Notes under the pieces: generated by a model
The model's database searches: none
Told to the model about the DNA's origin: nothing
The model's input: only the letters and a program-made list of their open reading frames with translations
Program-made: the position numbers and the translations under genes
Shown here: positions 1 to 10,390 of the stretch, piece after piece
Layout: the number at the start of each line of letters is the position of its first letter
How positions within the stretch are numbered: the first letter of the stretch is position 1
Assembly: GCF_017348835.2 (NCBI RefSeq)
Contig: NZ_CP071375.1
Reading direction: 5' to 3' (one strand)
Source of the DNA: Escherichia coli
GTDB lineage: Bacteria; Pseudomonadota; Gammaproteobacteria; Enterobacterales; Enterobacteriaceae
Length of the DNA stretch: 64,000 bases

Positions 1-32
1 GAGTAGTTAATGCCGTAGACCAGAATTTTCAT
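1..32 (-). CDS. wcaI: Colanic acid glycosyltransferase WcaI, 5' end only (runs off window start)
   Basis: Minus-strand ATG at 30-32 overlapping the gmm stop (ATGA); encoded [10 protein letters not shown] matches the remembered WcaI N-terminus; only about 11 codons are in the window. Confidence 0.5.
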   Translation of the reverse strand, partial: MKILVYGINY

Positions 33-508
33 AATCCGGGTACTCCGGCACGCTTCTCAGCGAGAAAATAGGCGCGGCTGTTAGCGTGAACATTGTCACT
101 GGCGAGCAGTGCATCCGGCGTCAGCCAGCGGTAATCGTCATGCTGCTCATCCGGCAGTAACAGTTCTTCTTCCGCTACTCTGAAGCGAAAACCGAGCACC
201 ACATAGTGAGTGGTGAAATCCGTGCCAGAGAAGTTATCGTCATAAAAGTGCTGCCAGACACCGTAAAACTGGCCTGCTGTTATCGGCAGACGCAGCCCCA
301 GTTCCGCCATCGTCAGCCGCTCAAATGCGGCTTCCAGCGTTTCGTCTTTCTGCACGCGCCCTCCCGGCACAAACCAGTAACCCTGCGCCGGGCGGTTGGT
401 TCTTTTGCCAAGCAGAAACTCGCCGCGACTGTTCTCGACAATAAAGTCGAGAGAGACAAGCGGAGTGGAGCGCACTACCGTGGCAAAGTCTTCCTGACGT
501 AAAAACAT
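29..508 (-). CDS. gmm: GDP-mannose mannosyl hydrolase (NUDIX)
   Basis: ORF 29..511 translation (M)[26 protein letters not shown]... matches Gmm/WcaH; position between wcaI and fcl; start taken at the second ATG (159 aa) from memory of K-12. Confidence 0.85.
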   Translation of the reverse strand: MFLRQEDFATVVRSTPLVSLDFIVENSRGEFLLGKRTNRPAQGYWFVPGGRVQKDETLEAAFERLTMAELGLRLPITAGQFYGVWQHFYDDNFSGTDFTTHYVVLGFRFRVAEEELLLPDEQHDDYRWLTPDALLASDNVHANSRAYFLAEKRAGVPGL

Positions 509-510
509 CA

Positions 511-1476
511 TTACCCCCGAAAGCGGTCTTGATTCTCAAGGAACCACTGGTAAGTGCTGGCAAGCCCCGCTTCCAGTGAGATTTCGTGATACCAGCCAAG
601 CTGATGCAGGCGCGTCACATCCAGCAGTTTGCGCGGCGTACCATCCGGTTTGCTGGCATCAAAAACCACCCGACCTTTGTAACCCACCACTTTGGCGATG
701 GTTTGCGCTAGCTCGCGGATAGTGCAGTCAACGCCCGTGCCGACGTTAATGTGTGACAGCATCGGCTGGGTGTTTTCCAGCCAGACTTCGTGCGCCAGCT
801 CCATCACATGAATGCTCGCCGCCGCCATATCATCGACGTGCAGAAATTCACGCATCGGTGTACCACTGCCCCACACCACCACGTCCGGCGCATTCTGTGC
901 CGTCGCCTCGTGGAAGCGACGCAGCAATGCTGGGATCACATGCGAATTACTCGGGTGGAAGTTGTCATGCGGCCCGTACAGGTTGGTCGGCATGACAGAG
1001 CGGTAATCGCGTCCATACTGGCGGTTGTAAGATTCGCACAGTTTGATCCCGGCGATTTTGGCAATGGCGTAAGGCTCGTTGGTCGGCTCCAGCGTGCCCT
1101 GCAATAACTCGCTTTCTGCCATCGGCTGTTTTGCCAGTTTCGGGTAGATGCAGGACGATCCAAGAAACAGCAGTTTGTTCACGTCGTTCTGATGCGCGGC
1201 GTGAATGATGTTGCTCTCAATCATCATGTTCTGGTAGATGAAATCCGCCGGATAGGTGTTGTTGGCAACAATGCCGCCCACTTTCGCCGCCGCCAGATAG
1301 ACCTGGTCAATACGTTCGCTGGCAAAGAAATCATGCACGGCGCGGCTGTCCAGCAGGTTCAGCTCGTCGCGGGTGCGTAATACCAGTTCCACATCACCGC
1401 GCTGTTCGAGCTGCCGCCTGATGGCAGAACCGACCATCCCGCGATGGCCAGCGATAAAAATGCGTTGTCTACTCAT
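511..1476 (-). CDS. fcl: GDP-L-fucose synthase
   Basis: 321-aa [24 protein letters not shown]..., NAD(P)-binding Rossmann motif, epimerase/reductase; conserved position downstream of gmd. Confidence 0.92.
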   Translation of the reverse strand: MSRQRIFIAGHRGMVGSAIRRQLEQRGDVELVLRTRDELNLLDSRAVHDFFASERIDQVYLAAAKVGGIVANNTYPADFIYQNMMIESNIIHAAHQNDVNKLLFLGSSCIYPKLAKQPMAESELLQGTLEPTNEPYAIAKIAGIKLCESYNRQYGRDYRSVMPTNLYGPHDNFHPSNSHVIPALLRRFHEATAQNAPDVVVWGSGTPMREFLHVDDMAAASIHVMELAHEVWLENTQPMLSHINVGTGVDCTIRELAQTIAKVVGYKGRVVFDASKPDGTPRKLLDVTRLHQLGWYHEISLEAGLASTYQWFLENQDRFRG

Positions 1477-1478
1477 GC

Positions 1479-2600
1479 TTATGACTCCAGCGCGATCGCC
1501 ACGTCGTAGCCGTGAGATTTCAGCAGAGAGTGTTTTTTCGCCGCTTCGAGGTCATTAGCCACCATTTCAGACACCATCTCTCTGAGGGTGATTTCCGGTT
1601 TCCAGCCCAGTTTTTCGTGCGCTTTGGTCGGGTCGCCGAGCAGCGTTTCAACTTCTGCCGGACGGAAGTAACGCGGGTCAACGGCGATAATCACATCACC
1701 CGGTTTAACGCCCGGCGCGTCATGCCCGGTGACGGAAACCACAATGCCCTTCTCTTCAACACCCGTGCCTTCAAAGCGCAGTTTGATGCCCAGCTGTGCT
1801 GCCGCCATTTCCACGAACTGACGTACGGAGTACTGAACGCCGGTAGCAATAACGAAATCTTCCGGCTGTTCCTGTTGCAGCATCATCCACTGCATTTTGA
1901 CGTAGTCTTTGGCATGGCCCCAGTCACGCAGGGAATCCATATTGCCGAGGTACAGGCACGACTCCAGCCCCTGGGCGATGTTGGCGATTGCGCGGGTGAT
2001 TTTGCGGGTAACGAAGGTTTCGCCGCGGCGCGGGGATTCATGGTTGAAGAGAATACCGTTACAAGCGTACATGCCATAGGATTCGCGGTAGTTAACGGTG
2101 ATCCAGTAGGCGTACAGTTTGGCGACCGCATACGGAGATCGCGGGTAGAACGGCGTGGTTTCTTTCTGCGGAATTTCCTGCACCAGACCGTACAGTTCAG
2201 AGGTGGAAGCCTGATAGAAACGGGTTTTCTTTTCCAGACCGAGGAAGCGGATCGCCTCCAGCAGGCGCAGCGTACCCATCGCGTCGACGTCAGCGGTATA
2301 TTCCGGTGACTCAAAAGAAACCGCAACGTGGCTCATTGCGCCCAGGTTGTACACTTCATCCGGCTGCACTTCACGCAAAATGCGCGTCAGGTTGGAGGTA
2401 TCACTCAGGTCGCCATAATGCAGATGGAATTTCGGGTTGCAGGTGTGCGGATCCTGATAAATGTGATCCACGCGCTCGGTGTTGAATGACGATGCACGAC
2501 GCTTAATACCATGCACCTCGTAACCTTTTTCCAGCAGAAACTCTGCCAGGTAAGAACCGTCTTGTCCGGTTACACCGGTGATGAGAGCGACTTTTGACAT
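1479..2600 (-). CDS. gmd: GDP-mannose 4,6-dehydratase
   Basis: 373-aa [34 protein letters not shown]...; classic Gmd N-terminus and SDR fold. Confidence 0.93.
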
Positions 2601-2626
2601 GTCTTATTCCTCTGTATTTTTTGAAT

Positions 2627-3175
2627 TTATTCAGTTTCAACGCGTTCGCGTATCACCACTGCGGGATTCCCCCGGCAAACCACATTTGCCGGAAGCGATT
2701 TAAAAACACTGCTTCGTGCACCCACGACGGTGCCGTCGCCAATCGTGACGCCAGGGGCAACAAAAACATCTGTCGCCAGCCAGCATTTCTCGCCAATCAC
2801 AATAGGCGTGGCGTTAATGGTGAAATGTTGACTTGCATGGTCGTGGCTCCCGGTGCATAAATAACTTTTTTGCGATATCACCGAATGTGCGCCAATGGTT
2901 ATTTCACCGAGGGTATATAAATTGACGTCATCGCCGACCCACGCGTAATCACCTAAGGTTAATTTCCACGGATAGGTAATTTTTACTGACGGCCGAATAA
3001 CTACGTTTTTTCCTATTTTTGCGCCGAATAAACGTAATAAAAATGCCCGCCAGCGATACAATACTTGTGGCGACCAGGCAAATAATGTTGCCTGTACTGC
3101 CCACCACAATTGCACTTTAATAGCGTTGCCACCCCGGAACCCTTTCGGCACCGAGAAACCGCTTAAATCCTGCAT
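2627..3175 (-). CDS. wcaF: Colanic acid biosynthesis acetyltransferase (hexapeptide-repeat)
   Basis: 182-aa ORF with left-handed beta-helix hexapeptide repeats; synteny in the wca cluster. Confidence 0.85.
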   Translation of the reverse strand: MQDLSGFSVPKGFRGGNAIKVQLWWAVQATLFAWSPQVLYRWRAFLLRLFGAKIGKNVVIRPSVKITYPWKLTLGDYAWVGDDVNLYTLGEITIGAHSVISQKSYLCTGSHDHASQHFTINATPIVIGEKCWLATDVFVAPGVTIGDGTVVGARSSVFKSLPANVVCRGNPAVVIRERVETE

Positions 3176-3190
3176 CGTTTTCCCTTATAT

Positions 3191-3937
3191 TCAGCTTTTG
3201 TTATATAAGGCTTTCGTCTTTGAGGTAGTACGCTGGCGTAAATGCCAGGATAATTCTGCCCAGAAGCCAGGCACATGTAATATTTGCCGTTGGACTTTTT
3301 TGGCGTCAGCACACAATTCCATATTATTGGTGGTTGATACCCCACCCATGGAAAACTCAGACACCAGGCCATTGAGTTTTTTAAATGCATAACCGGCTTT
3401 ATACATTTTAGCCGCCAGCGCGTAATCGGAAGAAACTTTATATTCCAGGTCATAACGCCATTTTTTCAAACCGGATACCGGGAAAAATATCGCCTGATGA
3501 CTGGCGGGCAGGCTGTGATAAATATACCAACCCGGTTTGGCGCTACGTTTAATTTTATGCCCGTCGCCAAAATCCAGCAGCGCATCGCCGGTGATCATCA
3601 CGTTATCTTTTTGCATTTTTAACTTACGGACAAAATTTGCGGCATCCTGATGAAAAATATCGCCCGAGTTGAGAAACAACGCGAACTTGCCTTGTGCCAT
3701 CGCAATGCCTTTGTTCATGGCGTCGTAGATACCGTTATCTGGCTCGCTGACAAAGCGTAGGTTATAGATACCATTGAGATTTTCCAGATACTCACGGGTA
3801 CCGTCGTTGGAACCGCCATCGACAACAATCCATTCGAAGCTGATATCGTCCGCCTGCGCCAGATGCGCCAGCGAGGCATGTGTTTTGACTATTCCTTCGA
3901 GGTTACGAAACGCGACAGTGATTATGCTAAGCAACAT
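3191..3937 (-). CDS. wcaE: Colanic acid biosynthesis glycosyltransferase (GT2)
   Basis: 248-aa ORF, GT2-like (DxD-type) motifs; synteny. Confidence 0.85.
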   Translation of the reverse strand: MLLSIITVAFRNLEGIVKTHASLAHLAQADDISFEWIVVDGGSNDGTREYLENLNGIYNLRFVSEPDNGIYDAMNKGIAMAQGKFALFLNSGDIFHQDAANFVRKLKMQKDNVMITGDALLDFGDGHKIKRSAKPGWYIYHSLPASHQAIFFPVSGLKKWRYDLEYKVSSDYALAAKMYKAGYAFKKLNGLVSEFSMGGVSTTNNMELCADAKKVQRQILHVPGFWAELSWHLRQRTTSKTKALYNKS

Positions 3938-3947
3938 GTTCTTATTC

Positions 3948-5165
3948 TTACCTCGTAATATTTAACGCTTTTCGCAAAATAAACGGACAGACGATTAAAA
4001 ATGCATATTCCGGGCTAAATATCGAACCGGTAAAAAACAGCGATACCGGAGTAAAAAGATATAATTGCACGCGAAAATTGCGGTTATCACCAAAAGCGTT
4101 GATCATCATTTTTATCACTTTCCCCATGTACCACAGCGATAAAAACACCGCGAACCAGGAAAAATAAATAATCAGCAGATACAAACCATTGTCTATGGTT
4201 TTTCCGACATCCGCACCGTTAAATATTCCGAATGATGCGACATATTCATAAAGTGAGCCAAATCTGACTACACCGTCAATATGGGTCAAAGAATAACCGA
4301 CCATCACCAGCGGACCGACAATACGATAATACGATGACGATCCTTCCGTACCTAAATCGCCCAGGCGGGTGGAAATATAAGGAAATGCAATTACCACACC
4401 AACCAGGAATACAGCCAGAGAAATCAATGCTAACGGTAACTTTTTCTTAATCGCCTCTTTATTCAGATATTGAAATGCCCACTCCAGCAAATAAAACAGG
4501 ATAAAGGTCATAACCCCTGAAAACGATCCGGATAATATTATCCCTACGAGAATCATAGCATCTGTTTTAGGCGTTTTGATACCAAACTGTTTGATGCTGA
4601 GCCAAATTGAGATTAATGCCAGAGCGAAAAATGCCGGTTCGAAATAAAGTGCTGTCGTGCGCTTGCCGCCGAATTTGATGAAATTCAGCACATAGCTGTT
4701 GCTGTAAATCAGATATTTCGAAATCGACTCCATAATACTGCTGCCGCCGGTGAGGATAATTTGCGCCATCTCCATCGCCGCCAGCGCCACCACCAGCCCG
4801 ACCACCAGATAAAAGAAACGTAAAATCTTGCGATGGTTGTGTGGCGAAATTGTTTTAAAACGAATACTCCACACCATGCCAATAATGATCACAATATAGA
4901 CAAACAGCATGGTTGAAGTGACGTATTTACTGGCATCCAGCGACTGACCAAACAGATAGTTAAACGCCGTGAGTCCCGCACCAATCCCTAAGGCAATCAT
5001 CAATTTTTTAACGCTGATGCGTTCTAAAAACAGCAGTAACAAGACAGGTAAAAAAGTGACGATGGTGATGGGGAAACTTTCGCCAAGCTGGGCGATTTTG
5101 ACGTTAACCAGCAGGTAGATCAGCGGCAGCAGCAGGTAGCTACAGATTCTGATAGAAGTTGACAT
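3948..5165 (-). CDS. wcaD: Colanic acid polymerase, multi-pass membrane protein
   Basis: ORF track gives 429 aa; internal ATG at 5163-5165 gives the 405-aa product starting [13 protein letters not shown]...; highly hydrophobic polytopic sequence; synteny. Confidence 0.85.
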   Translation of the reverse strand: MSTSIRICSYLLLPLIYLLVNVKIAQLGESFPITIVTFLPVLLLLFLERISVKKLMIALGIGAGLTAFNYLFGQSLDASKYVTSTMLFVYIVIIIGMVWSIRFKTISPHNHRKILRFFYLVVGLVVALAAMEMAQIILTGGSSIMESISKYLIYSNSYVLNFIKFGGKRTTALYFEPAFFALALISIWLSIKQFGIKTPKTDAMILVGIILSGSFSGVMTFILFYLLEWAFQYLNKEAIKKKLPLALISLAVFLVGVVIAFPYISTRLGDLGTEGSSSYYRIVGPLVMVGYSLTHIDGVVRFGSLYEYVASFGIFNGADVGKTIDNGLYLLIIYFSWFAVFLSLWYMGKVIKMMINAFGDNRNFRVQLYLFTPVSLFFTGSIFSPEYAFLIVCPFILRKALNITR

Positions 5166-6357
5166 ACTCCTCCAGCATCTGTTGTCCACTGTAGGCCGCG
5201 CGGCTGCGTTGGCTGAACTCAGCCAGCGTGGTACCAAATATCGCCTGCGCGATTTCCGGTTTGCTTAACTGCACCAGTTGAAGCACGTCTTCTTCGCTGA
5301 CGGTTTTACCGCCGGATTTTTGCAACACTTCCCGCGCCGCATCGCTATGGGTGGCAATCACCGGCACGCCAATTGATAACGCCTCACACAAAATCAGCGG
5401 GTAGTTATCGACGCGAGAACTGAATACCAGCGCATCCATCTGATTGAGCGCGCTCATCAACTTGCGCTTGTCAGTTTCAAAGCCGTGATTAACCACGTTG
5501 CCAGCGGTGAACGGCGAGAACTTACCAAAGGTATGCAGTTCGATTTTGTCGCCCAGCGCCATCATCTCACGCACCAGTTGCTGGTTAGTTTTGCCGTCGT
5601 AACGCAGGTCATGCGCCACCACCGCGATTTTCGGCTTGCCCTGGGTTTCGCGCACCGGAGGCAAGTCCGCCAGAATCGCCTCGGTTGCCATATCAATACC
5701 GTTATTGATAATCCGGCAACGCCCTGGACCGTACAGGCTATTGAAAGCGTCAGCCACATGCTGGCTGGGGGAAATAAACTGACAGCCCAGCGCCAGCATC
5801 TCACGGAATAACTGGCGTTTGCCCGCCACCAGTTGGTGTGCGCGATCAATCTTCACCGGCGGATAATTATTTAAGGTCGGGCATTTCTGGCAGCCCGTTT
5901 TCCAGCCTTCGCAACCGTCGGTAAAGGCGCAGCGTCCGGTTACACTCCAGTGGTCGTGCAGCGTCCAGACCAGAGTGACGTCCGGTTTGTGGTTTTTCAC
6001 CTTTTCGCAAAAGCGCACCACGCTCTTAAGATTTAGCCAGTAGCTGTGCAGCACATGAAAATGCAGGACCACCGGACCCGGTGTGCGAGTAATGGTGCGA
6101 TATAACTCATTGAAATTGCCAAACAGATCGCGATTAAACAGACGAAACAGGGCAATATTCGCCATTGCGGTCATCCGCGGCGTATGTTTGATTACCTGCG
6201 GATAGTTCTGATGGCTGACGCTCTCTTTGCCGCCTTTGCCGTAGCCGTAGACAAAATGTGACGCCAGCCCCTGTTGCAGCGCGCGCTGGTGGAGATCTAA
6301 CGCCACACCTGCTGCCCCGCCTTCCGCCAGTCGCACATTAAATTGCAGAATATTCAT
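5140..6357 (-). CDS. wcaC: Colanic acid biosynthesis glycosyltransferase (GT4-like)
   Basis: 405-aa ORF MNILQFNVRLAEGGAAGVALDLHQ...; overlaps wcaD start by 26 nt; synteny. Confidence 0.88.
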   Translation of the reverse strand: MNILQFNVRLAEGGAAGVALDLHQRALQQGLASHFVYGYGKGGKESVSHQNYPQVIKHTPRMTAMANIALFRLFNRDLFGNFNELYRTITRTPGPVVLHFHVLHSYWLNLKSVVRFCEKVKNHKPDVTLVWTLHDHWSVTGRCAFTDGCEGWKTGCQKCPTLNNYPPVKIDRAHQLVAGKRQLFREMLALGCQFISPSQHVADAFNSLYGPGRCRIINNGIDMATEAILADLPPVRETQGKPKIAVVAHDLRYDGKTNQQLVREMMALGDKIELHTFGKFSPFTAGNVVNHGFETDKRKLMSALNQMDALVFSSRVDNYPLILCEALSIGVPVIATHSDAAREVLQKSGGKTVSEEDVLQLVQLSKPEIAQAIFGTTLAEFSQRSRAAYSGQQMLEEYVNFYQNL

Positions 6358-6842
6358 TTAATTACCTTCACTCGCGCTTTTTCTCCCACCACCAGCGCGT
6401 TGTCCGGGACAGAGTCGAGCACCACGCTGCCCGCGCCCACGGTGACGTTGTTACCAAGCGTGATATCACCAAGAATAATGACGTTGGCACCGAGTTCGAC
6501 GCCGTTGCCAATGTGTGGACATGCCATGTTATCGGCACCCCGATTGCCGATAGTGACTCCGTGGCGAATGGTGAAATCATCCCCCGCCACCACGTTTTTA
6601 TTGATCACTACGGCGTAACCGTGATGGATAGTAAAGCGGCGGCCAATGGTCGCGGCGGCCTGGATTTCATAACCGAAAAAGCATTCGGTGATAATGCGAT
6701 ACAGCACCAGCAGCGGGGCCGCCCACAGATTGTTGAGGACGTTCTTTTTGCGCCACACTGAACAAAAATGAGCAACACGATAGGCAAGTACCATGCAGCA
6801 CGGGCGTAAACTCCAGCTGTTGGCGCGCAGATCTTCCAGCAT
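6354..6842 (-). CDS. wcaB: Colanic acid biosynthesis acetyltransferase (serine acetyltransferase-like hexapeptide)
   Basis: 162-aa ORF with hexapeptide-repeat region; 4-nt overlap with wcaC. Confidence 0.88.
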   Translation of the reverse strand: MLEDLRANSWSLRPCCMVLAYRVAHFCSVWRKKNVLNNLWAAPLLVLYRIITECFFGYEIQAAATIGRRFTIHHGYAVVINKNVVAGDDFTIRHGVTIGNRGADNMACPHIGNGVELGANVIILGDITLGNNVTVGAGSVVLDSVPDNALVVGEKARVKVIK

Positions 6843-6844
6843 CT

Positions 6845-7684
6845 TTAGCGCCCCCGAATACCATCAGCCAGACGTTTGCCGTTACGCACCGACAGCAGCG
6901 TCAGCAAAGTGCGCCAGGTCATATGTTTATTGCGGATCTGGTAGAGGGTAAACAGCTGATATTTTTTGCTGGCGCGGTCAAATTTGTCTTTGTGCTTGCG
7001 GTAAAAGTGGAAGTATCCGGAGAATTTTTTCGGTGACGAGGTGATCTGCATTTCACCGTGATTGATATGCAGGATCTGCGTCGCCTCTTCCACTTTCCAC
7101 GGTTCGCCGTACTCCACCACCATCCGCAGGAAGATGTCGTAATCCTGTGCCGCTTTCAGTTCGGTATCGAACAAACACTCTTTGAAACGCCATGCCCAGG
7201 TAAAGACCTGATTGCCAATGATATTGCGTTTATAGAACAGGCGGCGTGAGTACGGCGATTTGGGATACAGTGGTAAGCTTGCCGGTTGGGAATAAACTTC
7301 TCCCTGGCATACGTAGTCGTTAGCGTACAAAAAGGCGTGAGTGACCAGTTGCTGTTTATGGGCGAGGAAGACGCTCAGGCGGTTGGGGGTCCATTCGTCA
7401 TCGTCATCGATCCCGGTAATGTATTCCCCTTGCGCCAGCATAATCGCCTGGTTACGTACCGCGCACGCCCCGCTGTTAATGTCGTTGTGAATGTAGGTAA
7501 TACGCGGATCGTTGAGGGCGGTGACGTACTGTTGCAGTTGTTCCCAGGAGGTGGAGCAATCATCCACGATGATCATCTCCCAGTTGCTGTAGTCCTGGCG
7601 CAAGACCGATTTTATCGCCCGAATCGCCAGTTGTTGGCGGTTCCAGGTCGGCATATAGATTGAGATCAGCGGATTGTCTTTCAT
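6845..7684 (-). CDS. wcaA: Colanic acid biosynthesis glycosyltransferase (GT2)
   Basis: 279-aa ORF MKDNPLISIYMPTWNRQQLAIRAIKSVLRQ... with GT2 N-terminal signature and DDDD motif. Confidence 0.9.
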   Translation of the reverse strand: MKDNPLISIYMPTWNRQQLAIRAIKSVLRQDYSNWEMIIVDDCSTSWEQLQQYVTALNDPRITYIHNDINSGACAVRNQAIMLAQGEYITGIDDDDEWTPNRLSVFLAHKQQLVTHAFLYANDYVCQGEVYSQPASLPLYPKSPYSRRLFYKRNIIGNQVFTWAWRFKECLFDTELKAAQDYDIFLRMVVEYGEPWKVEEATQILHINHGEMQITSSPKKFSGYFHFYRKHKDKFDRASKKYQLFTLYQIRNKHMTWRTLLTLLSVRNGKRLADGIRGR

Positions 7685-7714
7685 AGGTTGTTCTCCCGGC
7701 TTATGAGCTGGTTT

Positions 7715-7775
7715 GCTTGCCGGATGCGGCGTGAGCGCCTTATCCGGCCTACGGGGCGGTGCGAATGCAGGCGTC
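7715..7775. repeat. REP (repetitive extragenic palindrome) element between wcaA and wzc
   Basis: gccggatgcggcgtgagcgccttatccggcctacg, the typical E. coli REP consensus. Confidence 0.7.
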
Positions 7776-7776
7776 G

Positions 7777-9939
7777 TTATTTCGCGTCCGACTTATATTC
7801 GTATTCGTAATAGCCATAATCCTGATACGCGCTGGCGCGGCGGAAGATGGAGTTCAGAATCACCCCTTTCACCGGAATACCGTTTTGCTCAAAGCGGCTC
7901 AGACTGGTTTCCACTTCTTTCAATGTGTTGACCGCATAACGCGCCACCATTAACGTGGTTCCGACATGACGACCAACAATTGCCGCATCGGTCACTGCCA
8001 GAATCGGCGGCGTATCAATCAACACCAGGTCATAGTTTTTACTCGCCCAGTTCACCAGTTCGGCAAAGCGTTCGCTCATTAACAGTTCAGAAGGATTTGG
8101 CGGCACCTGACCGCGCGGGATCAGGTCAAATTTGGCAATAGAGGTCGGTTTAGCTACGGTAGTAATATCGCCCTGACCAATCAGAATTTCCGACAGGCCA
8201 TTAACGTTATTAGTGCCCAACAGCTCATGGGTGTAGCCTTTGCGCATATCGCAGTCGATCAACAACACCCGTTTATTGGTCTGGCTGATCACTGCCGCCA
8301 GGTTGGCGCAGACAAAGGTTTTACCGATTGACGGGCTAACCCCGGTCATCATCAACACATTGTTCTGCGCCTGCATCATCGCGAAGTGCAGACTGGTACG
8401 CAGACTACGGATGGCTTCAATCGCCAGATCGGTTGGATTCCCCACCGCCAGTAGCTGGCTCTGTTTATAGCGTTTAATCCCTTTGATGGTTTTGACGCTA
8501 TCGCGCGCTTTCTGCCACTCCGACAGCGGGATGCTGGCATAGACGCTGATACCGTGTTCTTCCAGCACCTGCGGGCTTTCGATGCCGCGATTAAACAACG
8601 AGCGCAGCAGCACACCCACGATAGAGAGCATCAGGCCAAGGATAATCGCGCCGAGGATAATCAGCCCTTTCTTCGGTTTTAGCACGCCAGGCTGGGTGAT
8701 TGCCGGGTCAACAATGCGCACATCGCCGACGGTGCTGGCTTCGGTGATTTTCAGCTCCTGCTCTTTATTCAGCAGTTGCATATAGACCTGCTGACCAGAC
8801 TCGACATCGCGGGTCAGGCGCACAATCTCCTGCTGGGTTTTCGGCATCGCCGTTACGCGACCGTTAAGTTTGGCTTTCTCTTCTTCCAGCGCCTGACGTT
8901 TCTCCAGCAGCGTGCGGTACGCCGGGTGAACTTTGGTGTACAGCTTGGAGATTTCCGCCTCTTTAAAGGTCAGTTCGTTCAACTGCGCGTCGATGTTCAC
9001 CATCGAATCGAGCACCGCTTTCGCTTCCAGCGGCAGATCAACAGAATCTTTATCCTGACGGAAGGCATTCAGTTTGTTTTCGGCAACATCAAGGCGGCTA
9101 CGTACTTCCGGTAACTGTTGCGCGAGGAAAGCGAGGCTTTTCGACGCTTCCGCCGATTTGCGCTCAATATTTTGTTCCTGATAGTTACGGGCGATGCTGT
9201 TAAGAATGTCGCGGATCTGTTCGCGATCTTCACCGGTATAAGTCAGGCTCAGTACGCCTGCGTCTTTGCCGTTCTCCGTTACCGTCAGGCTGTTTTGCAG
9301 TTGGTTGATCATCCCCAGCTTGGAGTATTTGGTGATGGTAAACTCACTGCCCGGGCTGGCGTGAATAGCTTCAACCATCAGCGTGACGCCTTCTTTTGTC
9401 AGCATCTGGCCCGCTTGCCCACGGGCGCTAAAGCCGCCATCGCTGCTCAGAGTGTAGTTTTTATCGTCCAGCACATTAAGCGTAAACACCTGATCCGCCA
9501 TCTCTTTCGGACGGTTAAAGGTAGTCACTTTCACCGTCTCGTTCTGGCGTCCCATCAGACGATCCCAGCCCGCACCGAAAATCGGGAACGTGTTTTTGCT
9601 CACCGCAATATCGAGGTCGAGATCGTCCACCGTTTTACCAAGCACCAGGCGCGAACGAATCAACTGGATCTCGGCGTCCGATGCAGGCGGTTTGTTGGCT
9701 AACGCCGATCCGATATCCTGCACTAACGAATTGCCGCTGCTTTGCTCGATTTGTACCAGTGCGTCGGCACTATAAATCGGCGTGGCGAAGAAGGTGTAAA
9801 CCACGGCACAGAGGGCAAATACGGCGGTGATGCCAATCACCCACCAGCGCGCTTCAATGACGGTGCCGACCAGGCGACCAATATCGATTTCATCACTGCC
9901 CGTTACCGGAGCGGCATGTTGTTTTACTTTTTCTGTCAT
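7777..9939 (-). CDS. wzc: Tyrosine autokinase / polysaccharide co-polymerase Wzc
   Basis: ORF track 732 aa; ATG at 9937-9939 gives the 720-aa product MTEKVKQHAAPVTGSDEIDIGRLVG...; Walker A (GVSPSIGKT) and C-terminal Tyr-rich tail (YQDYGYYEYEYKSD). Confidence 0.93.
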   Translation of the reverse strand: MTEKVKQHAAPVTGSDEIDIGRLVGTVIEARWWVIGITAVFALCAVVYTFFATPIYSADALVQIEQSSGNSLVQDIGSALANKPPASDAEIQLIRSRLVLGKTVDDLDLDIAVSKNTFPIFGAGWDRLMGRQNETVKVTTFNRPKEMADQVFTLNVLDDKNYTLSSDGGFSARGQAGQMLTKEGVTLMVEAIHASPGSEFTITKYSKLGMINQLQNSLTVTENGKDAGVLSLTYTGEDREQIRDILNSIARNYQEQNIERKSAEASKSLAFLAQQLPEVRSRLDVAENKLNAFRQDKDSVDLPLEAKAVLDSMVNIDAQLNELTFKEAEISKLYTKVHPAYRTLLEKRQALEEEKAKLNGRVTAMPKTQQEIVRLTRDVESGQQVYMQLLNKEQELKITEASTVGDVRIVDPAITQPGVLKPKKGLIILGAIILGLMLSIVGVLLRSLFNRGIESPQVLEEHGISVYASIPLSEWQKARDSVKTIKGIKRYKQSQLLAVGNPTDLAIEAIRSLRTSLHFAMMQAQNNVLMMTGVSPSIGKTFVCANLAAVISQTNKRVLLIDCDMRKGYTHELLGTNNVNGLSEILIGQGDITTVAKPTSIAKFDLIPRGQVPPNPSELLMSERFAELVNWASKNYDLVLIDTPPILAVTDAAIVGRHVGTTLMVARYAVNTLKEVETSLSRFEQNGIPVKGVILNSIFRRASAYQDYGYYEYEYKSDAK

Positions 9940-9941
9940 TC

Positions 9942-10385
9942 TTATACCTGCTCTGCGTTCAATGCCTGCGCCCACTGGCGGGCAGACCGTTCAAGTAATG
10001 TGTACACCGCTGCAAACGTTTCCCGGCTTTTGCGATACGGATCGGGGATTTCACATTCGTTATCCCAGTGACCAAACAGCATCACTTTGCCGCGCATCTC
10101 CGGTGCCATCTCGCATAAGCGTTCGATATGGCGCTTTTCCATGGTCAAAATCAGGTCGTAGTTGCGACACAGACGGCGGCTGATTTGACGGGCACAGTGA
10201 CCTTCCAGAGACAGTTGATGTTCTGCGGCGACGCTGATAGCGGTAGGATCAGCGCCCTTACCGACCAGCGCGCCGAGTCCAGCGGACTCCACTTTCAGCT
10301 CCGGGTGATAACGTTGCAGTAAGCGTTCCGCCGTCGGGGAACGGCAAATATTGCCGACACAGACAACTAATATGTTGTTAAACAT
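9942..10385 (-). CDS. wzb: Low-molecular-weight protein-tyrosine phosphatase Wzb
   Basis: 147-aa ORF MFNNILVVCVGNICRSPTAERLL..., the CX5R LMW-PTP P-loop. Confidence 0.93.
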   Translation of the reverse strand: MFNNILVVCVGNICRSPTAERLLQRYHPELKVESAGLGALVGKGADPTAISVAAEHQLSLEGHCARQISRRLCRNYDLILTMEKRHIERLCEMAPEMRGKVMLFGHWDNECEIPDPYRKSRETFAAVYTLLERSARQWAQALNAEQV

Positions 10386-10390
10386 GACGA

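Noticed and set aside
1512-2309. 265-aa plus-strand ORF
   Set aside because: Antisense to gmd; low-complexity Arg/Phe-rich translation typical of a shadow frame.
9118-9702. 194-aa plus-strand ORF (and the 112-aa ORF at 8776..9114)
   Set aside because: Both are embedded antisense in wzc, with no ribosome-binding site and an implausible amino-acid composition.
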